From Octopus sinensis (Eukaryota), in NCBI RefSeq assembly GCF_006345805.1, contig NC_043001.1, forward strand, positions 10,974,001 through 11,038,000: a stretch of DNA of 64,000 bases. Direction: 5' to 3'. The position numbers and the translations under genes were made by a program. Under the pieces are notes generated by a model. The model was not told where the DNA came from and ran no database searches. It saw only the letters and a list, made by a program, of their open reading frames with translations. This document shows positions 52,331 to 64,000 of the stretch, piece by piece. Positions within the stretch are counted from its first letter, which is position 1. Each line of letters starts with the position of its first letter.

Positions 52331-52661
52331 TCTTCGTCGCCACTGTTATGTCGCACGTTGTGATGACCTCTACTCAACGCTACTCTGCTTTATTCTGTTC
52401 TAGTCTCTTCTGACGGATAGGCTTCTCCCTATATATCTACGTATTGGGCTAGCCTATTTCATCGTCTGGGAGCATACACACAACTGAAAGTAAATGCATA
52501 AAACAAAACATTCGAATCAGTGCGTATACATTCATACATACAAAAATACTCTGTTGTTGATGTTGAAATTCCAATGAAGGAGCCTTGGATCTAGCTTAGA
52601 ATCCGACTCTTGTTATGGGCAAAAAATCTTGAAATATAACTGAATGATGACATACATATAT

Positions 52662-52986
52662 GAGACCCCCTTCGGTCATGAATGACCATAAGATTGCACC
52701 TAGAAAGTTACCCCCCCCAGGCACAAGTCCGGGTAAGGTATTTTTTTGTATGGAAGGCCAGCAGTCGCCCCTCCCCACACCACTGATGTTATCCAAGGGA
52801 AAGGCAAAGGCCGATACAGCTTGGCACCAATGATGTCGCAACGCATTTCTACAGCTGAGTGAACTGGAGCAATGTGAAATAAAGTGTCTTGCTCAAGAAC
52901 ACAACACGCAGCCCGGTCCGAGAATCGAACTCACAACCTCACGATCGTAAGCTCGACGCTCTAACCACTAAGCCATGCGCCTTCAC
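52662..52986 (-). mobile_element. SINE family D copy
   Basis: Collinear with 13316-13634. Confidence 0.8.
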
Positions 52987-53235
52987 GCATACATACATGA
53001 ATAATTACATAAATGCATACATATATACGCGCACACATACTTAGACACATATTCTTGCAAACAGAAAGACCTTCTTCGGTTTTCAAGGATGAGGAGGAAC
53101 CAAACAAAATATTTTTCTTCACAATCTTCCTATCACGTTGGAGGTCAAAATTTACTCTAAATTAAATAGAAAAAAAGCGAACGTGCATACATATAGAAAT
53201 ATAACTTTAAGTTGTAATTATATATATATATATAT

Positions 53236-53300
<65 letters not shown>

Positions 53301-53438
53301 CATTTATACATTATTATTATTTTTTCTGTAGAAATATGAATACTATAAATATACGTGTGTATATAAAGACAGATGGATAGATAGATAGTTACATAGATAG
53401 ACAGATATATAGATACATAGATAGACAGACAGACAGAC

Positions 53439-53520
<82 letters not shown>

Positions 53521-53669
53521 GGATGGATGGATGGATAGACTCATTGCTTGATTGATTGGTAGATAAATAGACATATGTATCTTTACATGTATATATGTAT
53601 TTATGTATGTGCGTATTATGAATGTATTATGTTTGCATACATACATACGTACATAGATACATGCGTATG

Positions 53670-53715
<46 letters not shown>

Positions 53716-53726
53716 CGCATGTATAT

Positions 53727-53787
53727 AAAGCTCTACTTTTAATCTGTTCCGTCTGTGTGAAGCCCTGTGTGGCTAATAAAGAAACAT
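53727..53787 (+). mobile_element. ~60-bp 3'-terminal fragment of the same Tx1-like family
   Basis: AAAGCTCTAC...AGCCCTGTGTGGCTAATAAAGAAACAT matches the reverse complement of 54253-54312; followed by (AT)n. Confidence 0.8.
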
Positions 53788-53821
53788 ATATATGTGTATA
53801 TATATATATATATATGTTTCT

Positions 53822-54110
53822 TTATTACACCTTTCTGTTGGGGGTCATCTTTACCTTGTTATCTCCCCTACTTTCCTCCTCGTGTTTGACCCTTCTGTCC
53901 GGCACTAGTCGCCATGATAGATCGTTAGGCACTACACACATTTTTTTCTCTCCTTGTTTTTCTCCCTGTTTTTTTTTCTGAGTCTCTTTCTGTAAACGAG
54001 CGTAGGCTCGAAACGTAAAAGACTTTTCTATTCCTGACGTTAATACTAATACATCTGTTGTTTTGTATACCACCTGTCTTCGTCTTTTGTTTTTTTCTAA
54101 AGTCTCCCTA
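53822..54110 (+). mobile_element. Family F copy (longest)
   Basis: Same motif and 3' end; flanked by (TA)n. Confidence 0.65.
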
Positions 54111-54116
54111 CATATA

Positions 54117-54175
<59 letters not shown>

Positions 54176-54632
54176 TATATTATATATATATATATATATA
54201 TATCGATATATATATAGACAGATAGATAGATGGATAGATAGATAGATAGATATGTTTCTTTATTAGCCACACAGGGCTGCACACAGATAGAACAAATTAC
54301 AGGTAGAGCTTTCTTTTGAAGGTTTAAAAAAAAAAAAAAAAAAAGGAAGGGGAGTTTCGATCAAAAGGGATCGTAAAAGGAGAGAAAGAGGACAAAACAA
54401 AGGGGGGGTTAAAAAAAAAAGGGGGGAGGAAAAAAAAAATTGATCAATAGGGATCGTTATCACAGAAATGTCAATATGAAGTGTAAAGGGGAGGACAGGT
54501 GAGGTTTACCCGTGGAAAGAAAAGCCTACGGAAAAGACCACGGTAACCTCGGTCAATGAAGTCACATTTTATATTTCTTTTTTTTTTTTTTTTTTTTGCA
54601 AATAAGCAACTCTCTGTTTTCGATTTCTGGGT

Positions 54633-57600
54633 TCATAGGACTATGCTCAAGGTGGCTTCGTCATTCATACGTGCCATTCTTGCTACATTCACCCATCTTT
54701 TTTTAAAACATTCGCTAGACAAAACTTGCCTCTCTACTCTCACTTTCCTTTTCAAGTGGTACTTGGAAGAAGTTGATGAGAGATTGACCAGAGAGGAAGT
54801 GTTTGTCTCCAATCCTTTCAGACGCGTCCACCAGATACATTCTTTCGCCATAGCCACAAGGATGATGAAAATAGCTCTTCCTTCCCGTTTAAGGAAGGAG
54901 GCGTGACAATATTGACGATAGACTCAGCTGATAAACCGACTCGTCCCACACGTGACAGCAGTTGTTCGACATAAGCCCACAGGTCGGAAATTGTTGGACA
55001 CTGAACGAGTGCGTGCAGAACGGTTTCGTCGCTCTGACCGCATCTCGGGCAGGTCGGCCCCGTGTTTCTCGAGCCGTGTCTGTAGAGCTTATCCCGAACG
55101 GGTAGCGCTTCTCGGTAGCACTGCCAGGCCAGGGATCTCTGGAAGTTGTCCATGGGCCTGGCCCGAAAGTCGTCCCGAACAGGCGGGTCAGGTACTCCTC
55201 GTCGCCGTCCAGGTTCGCCCCGAGCTCGTCGTCGTACTTCCCCTCCACTAAATCCCTATAGAATGCTTTGGTTGTGTTGAAGTCACTTAAGGTCGACCCA
55301 GGACGGCAGAGTTGCTTGAGAGCAACGCGACACTCGCGCGGTGCCATTCGCCCTTCCTCGGCCTCTTTTTGATCCACGACTGCAGTTCGGTCATGGAGAC
55401 GAGCTGCGGGAAAGCGTGCCTCACAAACGGCGACCACACCTGTTCACCGTCGTCTACATAGAGCCAGAGATGTCGCAGTCTCAGCGCGTGTCTGCGCATC
55501 ATCAACCACGGCATGCCCAGCCCTCCTTTTACGGGTGTTGACAGCAAATGGATCGCCTGACCATCGGGACGCATCCTTTCCACAAGAAGCGAAAGAGGAT
55601 GCGTTGTTGTAGTTTGGTGATGGTAGGGTCGGGACAAGGTACGACGGTCAGGCGGTAGTAGATGACGGACGCGATGTACGTGTTCGCCACCTCCGCTCGA
55701 CCTTTTAGGGACAGTTTCTCTCGGCCCATTGCCGGGCGAGAGTGACCACCCTACTCGTTATCTCGTTCCAGTTCTTCTCCACTTGGAGGTCCGGACCAAA
55801 CCAGACCCCGAGCAACTCAACCGGGCCGTCGGTCCAGCGTCCCACGACGGAGGGCTGGTGGACGGCATGGGCTTGCTTCTCCAGGTGCCTAGTCGCAAGC
55901 CCACTGACTTTTCCCGGTTGATTTTCGCTCCTGTCACCGCTTCGTAGTTTTTCAGTGTCTCGCCGACCAGCTCGATGTGCTCGTGGCTAGACACTATGAC
56001 GGTGACGTCGTCCGCATATGCAGACACGCTCGTCCCGCATCCAATTCTCGCGGGATGCCCCTTAGAGTCGCCAGCTTCCGCAGTAGTGGCTCAAGAGTCA
56101 ATACGTATAGAAGCGCCCGAGGGGGCATCCCTGACGGACCGAACGTGCAATGTCGAAAGGTGTCGATAGATGTCCATTTACGCGAATTACCGAACGGATG
56201 CCTCTGTACAAGGCAGCTATCCAGCCGCGGAGAGACGGGACCGAAACCAGCCGCTCTCAGGACTGCCTCCAAGTATCGATGGTCTACCCTATCAAAGGCT
56301 TTCGATTGATCCAAGTTGATCAGGGCCCCACCCATGCCAGGTTCGTTAACTACCCTGTCTATGATGTAGCGCATCAGATGGAGGTTGTCATGGATGGTCC
56401 GGCCTGGCACGGCGCATGTTTGCGCCTTGTCGACCAGTTTCTCGATGACAAGCGCCAACCTCTTGGCTAGCACCTTGGCCAAAATTTTCAAGTCTGCATT
56501 AAGCAGAGTGATGGGCCTAAAGTTATCTATTACATTTCCCTTGTTTAGATCTTTCTTCAGCAGTGTTACGGCTCCTCGGCTCACAAAACCAGGAATGCTC
56601 CCGTTTTACTGCCAGTTGCAGTACACCGCCGCCAAGAGATCTCCAAACAAGTCTGGCATACAATTGTAAAGCTCGTAGGGTAGACCATCCAAACCCGGTG
56701 ATTTGTCCCTCGAGCATTCTGCCATCGCTTTCCGCACTTCCGCCGCCGTGATGGCACCTTCGCAGCACCCTGCCCTTCTTGTCGAGAGTCGTGGTAGGCT
56801 ATGTAGGTAGGCACTGAAGTCCACCCTACGTTCTTGCCCTCCACTCGTTCCGAACAGTCGGGCAAAATGCTGCTGAAAGGCCTCACACATTTTACTTGGC
56901 TCGAGCAATTCGCGCCCCTGTTCATCTACCAGTGACCGAATGGTGGCTTTGTTGCCCTGTTGCGCCTCTGCCACCCGGGCCCTCTCGCGGCTCCAACACC
57001 TTCGTTCCTTAGAGCACGCATCCTAGCTCTGACAGCACATCCTTCGTGTTTAGCGTTGAAGTGTTGGTCGAGGGCCAACCTCGCCGCCAAAACGTCGGAT
57101 GCGATGCCGCTTCTAATTGCCTCTTCTAGCTTCTTAAGTAGCTCACCCTCTACTCTATTTCTATCTATGGCTAGTGCTTTGCTGTACCTAATCGCTTCTG
57201 CTTTTACTGCTCTCTTGAGGGCAAACCACCATTTGTTGTTGATGATGGCTCCCGTCAAAGCCCTCTTTACTAGTGTGCTAATCCGGTCTCTGAAAACTTG
57301 TCTCGATGGGAAAGACGCGTTTAGTTTCCAGTATCCGGGACCCTGCCTAAGTGTCTTACCTAAGTCTAGCGTACATGTCACAAGTTTGTGATCCGTGTAG
57401 CTGACTATGTGGAATTGTGGACATCCTATGCTATCTCTATCTACTGTCCTACACAGTATCCTATCTAGATACGATCTCGACGACCCGATGCGGTTGCTCC
57501 ATGTCCACGTTGGCGCATTCGGGTGGTCTAGTCGGAACCTGTCAGACAGTTGAAAGCGTCTGAGCAGGTCTCTGAGGCATTTGCATCCCCGTCTATTCCT

Positions 57601-58070
57601 ATCTCTACCCACGTAGTCTACATGCGTGTCCAAGGTAGCATTCCAATCCCCCACTAAGAGTAAAGGACGAGACGTTCCCAAGAAAAACTTCTAGACGTTG
57701 AAAGAATCCGCCCGACCTGTTAAGGGCGGTGCGTAAACTGATACGAGTCGAAAAGCGCACCCATTGCTGCCGTCGACATCCAGGACGACCAGTCTACCCT
57801 CCGGGTCTACGAATATTGTCCTTACATTGAGATCCAGACTCTTGTGTGAAAAAGTACCGCGGTGCCACTACCGCCCATTCTCGGCAGACAGGGGGAAAAA
57901 TAAATGTTGAACTGTCCGCCAAACATGGTCTTTAGGGCCCGCGGATTGTGGAGTCTGGTCTCGCTTATGGCTATGATTTCTAACTTATGTGACTTTATGT
58001 CATTTAAGAGGTACCCTTGTTTCCAAGGGGACCCCAAGCCACGCGCATTTACACAACCAATCTTGATCAT
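54633..58070 (-). pseudogene. LINE ORF2: APE endonuclease plus reverse transcriptase, multiple frameshifts
   Basis: IGCVNARGL, IAISETR, LLVGDWNA, SYLDRILC, TDHKLV (APE); KSPGLDGLP, FRPITLLNADLKILAK, LDQSKAFDRVDH, YADDVTV (RT); CPRCGQSDETVLHALVQC. Confidence 0.92.
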
Positions 58071-58101
58071 AGTTCTAATGAATTAGAATACAGAGGGTTA
58101 C

Positions 58102-59885
58102 TTACTGCTCGAAAGTTTTTGCTTTCTCCTCCGTTGGTTTGTCCTCGAGAAGATCCCAGTACAGTTTCTTTGTGAGATATTTTTGGCATTTACCAACCGC
58201 ACTGGGGAAAATGCCTTTGAGTGTGTGGTGCAGACTTTTGGAGATGTGTAATATTTTGATGTGGTCTGGTGGTGTTGTGTATGGGTGATGTTTGTTTTTA
58301 TGTCATCTGTTATGTGTTTGTTTTTGATTGGATGTATTCCATCAAATTTGTGTTTTTGGTGTGTCTATGGCTGTGAGCATGTTTGCTGTATATGTTTTTG
58401 TGGTGTTGGTGGGTGTGGCTGTTGTTTGCGTTGGGTTTTGAAATGTCTTCGGGAGATGTATTTCCCCCTGCTTTGTTCGTGTTTGCATTTGGTTTGGTTG
58501 TGTTTCTGCTCTTTATTTTCCTTCTTTTGTGTAGCTATTTGCCATTCCTCACTGGTTCGTCTTCCGACGAAATTTCTGAGGAATCAGAAGGGGGTAGGGT
58601 ATGTTGTGGGCTTCTATGTATGTCTGTGTAAGTGGTTTGTGTTGTTGTTGGTTGTTGAGTGTTGTGGTGTGTTGAGTGCGGTATAAGGGATGGGGGATCA
58701 GTTTGTGTGTGTTTTCTTTGTTTTTCTGTTCCTTTGGGTTTTGCTGTTGATGGTGGTGTTGGTATTTTTTCAGGTGTCGAGTGGTTTTTGGTTGATGACG
58801 GATTAGCTTGGTGTGCTTCTCTTGTCGTCTTCTGTGTTGATGGTGGTGTGGGTAGTAGAGCTTTTTTTCCGGAGTGCTTTGGTTGTGGTAGTGGTTGTTG
58901 TTGTTGCTCTTGGTGTGCAGTGGTTGGGCACGTCTTTTTCAAGTGTGTTTCGCTTCCACACAAATAGCAGCGTGGTCGCCTGCCCTCTACCACTATATAG
59001 AGTTTGTAGCCTCCTGGCAGTTCTATAGCGGTGGGTATCTTCTCTCTTGCTGCTTCATCCAATTGAAGCAGGAATTCGATTGATTTGCCCACATAGTCTT
59101 TCTCTCCTAGAACCGCGATTTCCAGGATGTTTGTCTCTGACATTGTCTCTGACATTTCAAAGCAGATGGCAGAGACCAACCATGTGTTTTTCGACATCAA
59201 ATGGTATGTTTTTTATTTGGACTTTCGTGACCCTTTTGTTTAAATAGACTGGTATCATTACCAAGTCGTCCGAATGCAGCTCCAATGTGGAAAAACGTTT
59301 TGCTAAACTTTCGTTGAGGAAACGTACTTGGACTGTACCAAATTTGTTTCCCCAACTGATATATTCCTTGGAGTCCCATGCAGGACGAAGGTATTTATCG
59401 ATTTTTTCCTGCGGTGCATTTGCTGTTCTTCTTGTTTTTTTGTTTATTACTTTATAAATTATTGTTTTTTTTTGTGTGTTTTCCACGATGTGTTGTGGAA
59501 TATGAAGGTGAAATTTGTCTCCTTCTTTGGAGAAGAGTGCCTTTGTGCGGTTTATCTCTTGTGTGGTGAATGTTACAATTGTTCTTTTTGTTTTGTTACG
59601 TCCGCAAAATTCGTTTTGAATTTGGCAGTAGAAGTGTTAATTGTGGCAGTGTTAATTGAAGTCATGGTAGGTGTTGGTGTTGGCGGTGATTAGCAGCAGA
59701 AGGCTTGGATGTAGCATTTGACGTCGTAGTAGTGGTGTTGGTGTTGGGCGGTGTTGTCTTTGGTAGGTGGCTTTGTGCCAATTTCGTTGTTGTTGTTGTT
59801 GGTGGTGATGGTGGTGGTGCTGGCATTCATGTTTTCGTTTGTATTCATTTTTGAAATCCCTTTCTCTGTCCCTTATCATCAACAA
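58102..59885 (-). pseudogene. LINE ORF1 (RRM-like region plus CCHC zinc knuckle), frameshifted
   Basis: GTVQVRFLNE...VTKVQIKNIPFDV, then GRRPRCYLCGSETHLKKTC (C-x2-C-x4-H-x4-C); ends ...KAKTFEQ* just before ORF2; the start is uncertain and could lie near 60096. Confidence 0.75.
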
Positions 59886-60279
59886 ATGTGGTGTGGGGAG
59901 TGAGGGGAAATCTAAGTTAATGTCTTTGGTCGCGGCGATGGTGAATGCGACGTTAGATTTGTGTGTTGGTTGTGGTGGTGGTGATGGTGGTGACAGCGGT
60001 GTTCACGCTGCGATGTTTAGCAGCTAGTGGTAGCAATAGTGTTTTGCTACCGTTCTGCATGACTGGCGGGCTAGCCACGTGGTTTCTAGTTGCCATTTAC
60101 AAAATGAAAAATGGCTAAAAAACCCACGAAAGTTTTGAAAGTTTTTTTGTAATTTCGCCCATACAGGGGCGGAATTCTACGTGAATAATTCTCAGGTTTT
60201 TTAGTGAATGAACTTGCACAACGATTAAAACAAAATATTTGACAACAAGGGGTTTTAAACATGTAAAAGTGGCCAACTT

Positions 60280-60280
<1 letters not shown>

Positions 60281-60370
<90 letters not shown>
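60281..60370. repeat. (AGAT)n tract at the LINE 5' junction
   Basis: Direct inspection. Confidence 0.95.
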
Positions 60371-61078
60371 GTGTGTGTTTGTGTTATGATTCTTAAACAT
60401 TAACATATTTAAGTGTGAGTGTTCTCTTCTCCGTGCGGCGTCTGTGATGTGTTTCTATGCAGAAACGTGTTTGTCTGGCCTATATATGCTTAAACCAGTA
60501 TTCAGTCTCTATCTGAATACGGAAAACAGTAGCTGAATATGGCCGTGTATTTGTAACTGTGTATTTGTTTGGTCTTCTCATGATCTTTTTATTTGTCTTG
60601 TTATGTGATTACTCTTTGTATCAACACGTCTTCCTTTGTTGAAACATATACACATGTATTCACCATTGTAGAGCTTAGTTTCTCGAACAATAAATTTAAT
60701 TTAATTATCTATTTATTATCAATTAACATCAATCTGCATAAATATACGTGTACACAACGACTACACACACACACACACCCATATGTATGCACATATGTGT
60801 GTCTGTGTATGTATAAATGTAAGTCTGTGCATTTATCTATGCATATATATACAAACGCAAACACACATACATACACTCACATATATATATATATTTCTAT
60901 AATCCATGTGTATATGACTATCTAACGTATATATATGTCTGTGTGTGTGTGTGAATATATATGTGTGTGTTTGTGTATACATACAAGTATATGTCTATAT
61001 TTATGTAAATATGTATTTATATATATATACATGTAAATATATATGTGTGTATATATATATGTATACACACACACACAC

Positions 61079-61121
<43 letters not shown>

Positions 61122-61236
61122 CATACATACATATATATATATATATAATACAAATACATACATACATATATATCTATATATATATATAAAAATACATACA
61201 TATATATATATTATATATATATATATATATATACAC

Positions 61237-61272
<36 letters not shown>

Positions 61273-61707
61273 CACCAATACACACACGAAGAGACAGAAA
61301 AAGAAAGAGAGAAGGAGAAGCTGTGTTTGTGTGTGTTCGTATGTGCTTTTGTCTGCGTTTATTTTTACATCCAATTAAGTATTTATTAATTATAACCGCA
61401 ATTTAATACTTCCTTGACATGATTCATACAGACGAGCACCATACTCTAACGATTTGTTTGAACAATCAGATCTTCCAATCGTAAACAGCCACTGTTTGTA
61501 GACAACAGCAATGCTGATGAATACAATCGAAAACGGAATATAAGACGCAATAGATATACAGAGACAAGTCATTATAGTGTGGCTAACGTAGTAATTCCAT
61601 GCAACATAATGAATAACGTTATTTACATGATTTCCATTTGACGGATATTTGTCATCTTTGCTTGCTGTTGACACAACGTTTCGACTGATATATACCCTCC
61701 AATCTGA

Positions 61708-61747
61708 GTAATAATAATAATAATAATAATAGTAATAATAATAATGA

Positions 61748-61812
<65 letters not shown>

Positions 61813-61911
61813 TAAAAAAAAAAAATAATAATAATATAATAAAAAACCCACTGAATAATAATAATAATATGATAATAATAATAATATTAATAATAATAAT
61901 AATAATATTGG

Positions 61912-61976
<65 letters not shown>

Positions 61977-62055
61977 TATAATATAATAATAATAATAATA
62001 ATAATATTGGAATAATAATACATGAAACTGCTCTCTCACTCAATAATAATATTGG

Positions 62056-62125
<70 letters not shown>

Positions 62126-62166
62126 TTAATAATATAATAATAATAATATTGGGAATAATAATAATA

Positions 62167-62220
<54 letters not shown>

Positions 62221-62271
62221 TTAATAATAATAATAATAAATTGGGAATAATAAATAATAATAATAATAATA

Positions 62272-62302
<31 letters not shown>

Positions 62303-62339
62303 TAATAATAATAATATGGGAATAATAATAATAATAATA

Positions 62340-62391
<52 letters not shown>

Positions 62392-62395
62392 TTGG

Positions 62396-62448
<53 letters not shown>
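61708..62448. repeat. (AAT)n array punctuated by ATTGGG
   Basis: ATTGGG or a variant at ~61907, 62005, 62051, 62148, 62240, 62316 and 62391. Confidence 0.9.
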
Positions 62449-62449
<1 letters not shown>

Positions 62450-62983
62450 GGCAATGGCTCTCATGGCTTCTGATCTTAACTGATTGGAAGTGTTATCATG
62501 TACATTGTTTTGTCTTGGTATAAAAGATGGGCTACAGCAAATATTCTGCTCAATACCACAGATTTGCTTGTCAGTTGTTTGACCTTAACCAGTTGAGCAT
62601 GTCCCTTAGTGGCTGACGATATGTGCATCTCTGATCACGAGCAGAAGTAGTGGGGGAGCATCATAGCCATGTGTTGAGAGGGATTCTTTGGGGTTTGAAT
62701 AATTCACCTCTGGAAATATGGGTGGTTCTTTCAACATCCTTAAAACCCTTATTCAGGGACCGTTTGAGCGGGATGGGCTACTCAACCTGAAGAAAATTCT
62801 AACTGGGCCCCACCTGCAAGGTCATGTGGGTTTATCTTGATATGAGATCACCATGTCGCGCACATATGGTTGTGATGCATGTGCCTGGTGTGCCTTTATC
62901 AGACGGGTAGTCATGATGGGTATATTGGGCTTCGTATATTTTACCCCAGTGTCACTTTGATGGCATGAACTGCTCTCTCACTC
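62449..62983 (+). mobile_element. Family E copy, (AAT)n on both sides
   Basis: 535 bp ending CTGCTCTCTCACTC|ATAATAAT. Confidence 0.85.
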
Positions 62984-63048
<65 letters not shown>

Positions 63049-63052
<4 letters not shown>

Positions 63053-63200
63053 TTGCACTATTAGGCACTGCACACATCCTACGCAGAACACTTTCCATAC
63101 AATAACCATCAGAGCATCGCAAGAAATCACAGCACATACCCAAGGCACACAGAGCTGCGCTCGGTAGTGAAGTGAAAGCACGCTATAAAATAAAACTACC
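63049..63200 (+). mobile_element. 5'-truncated R4/Dong-type retrotransposon 3' end in (TAA)n
   Basis: Translates KIALLGTAHILRRTLSIQ* (63049-63105), typical of the RLE-type ORF C-terminus, then a ~95-bp UTR; (TAA)n on both sides. Confidence 0.7.
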
Positions 63201-63230
63201 TAATAATAATAATAATAATAAATAATAATA

Positions 63231-63309
<79 letters not shown>

Positions 63310-63320
63310 CATATAATATT

Positions 63321-63416
<96 letters not shown>

Positions 63417-63513
63417 CATAATAATATTTATAATAATAATAATAATAATAATAATCATAATAATAATAAAAAAAAAAATAATAATAATAATAACAAGAAG
63501 AAGAAGAAGAAGA

Positions 63514-64000
63514 AATGCCCTGATGCAGTACCAGGCAGTGGCTCTCATGGCTTCTGATCTTAACTGATTGGAAGTGTTATCATGTACATTGTTTTGTCTT
63601 GGTATAAAAGATGGGCTACAGCAAATATTCTGCTCAATACCACAGATTGCTTGTCAGTTGTTTGACCTTAACCAGTGAGCATGTCCCTTAGTGGCTGACG
63701 ATATGTGCATCTCTGATCACGAGCAGAAGTAGTGGGGGAGCATCATAGCCATGTGTTGAGAGGGATTCTTTGGGGTTTGAATAGTCACCTCTGGAAACAT
63801 GGGTGGTTCTTTCAACATCCTTAAACAACCCTTATTCGGGGACCGTTTGAGCAGGATGGGCTACTCAAAATGAAGAAAATTCTAACTGGGCCCCACCTGC
63901 AAGGTCATGTGCTGTTTATCTTGATATGAGATCACCATTTCGCGCACATATGGTTGTGATGCATGTGCCTGGTGTACCTTTATCAGACGGGTAGTCATGA
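63514..64000 (+). mobile_element. Family E copy (runs off the window)
   Basis: Same 5' start as 10027; near-identical to 62449-62930. Confidence 0.85.

Larger units (their letters stand above)
54253..60280 (-). mobile_element. Near full-length L1/Tx1-clade non-LTR retrotransposon (~6.0 kb)
   Basis: ORF1 with CCHC knuckle, ORF2 with APE, RT and C-terminal Zn motif; 3' UTR ending CTAATAAAGAAACAT; (GATA)n on both flanks. Confidence 0.92.

Overview
AT-rich, repeat-dense eukaryotic DNA. The SINE, Helitron and microsatellite content points to a cephalopod (probably Octopus) genome, which is an inference. No complete host gene is evident, and most ORF-track hits are microsatellite translations. Main contents: (1) a near full-length, frameshifted L1/Tx1-clade LINE (54253-60280, minus) that interrupts a (GATA)n tract; (2) a 5.6-kb array of 37 ~152-bp monomers (36472-42037), most carrying an ATTGG/CCAAT box plus an ATGCAAAT octamer, with a lone inverted partial monomer ~400 bp to its left and a possible four-exon secreted-protein gene starting ~115 bp from the array on the minus strand; (3) a decayed Chapaev/CMC-type DNA transposase (7935-9500); (4) four non-autonomous Helitrons; (5) four tRNA-derived SINE families, one forming fixed 184-bp head-less concatemers at two loci; (6) several Penelope-like foldback elements with minimal hammerhead-ribozyme motifs; (7) R4/Dong-type 3' fragments and a fixed-length ~550-bp element sitting in (TAA)n tracts.
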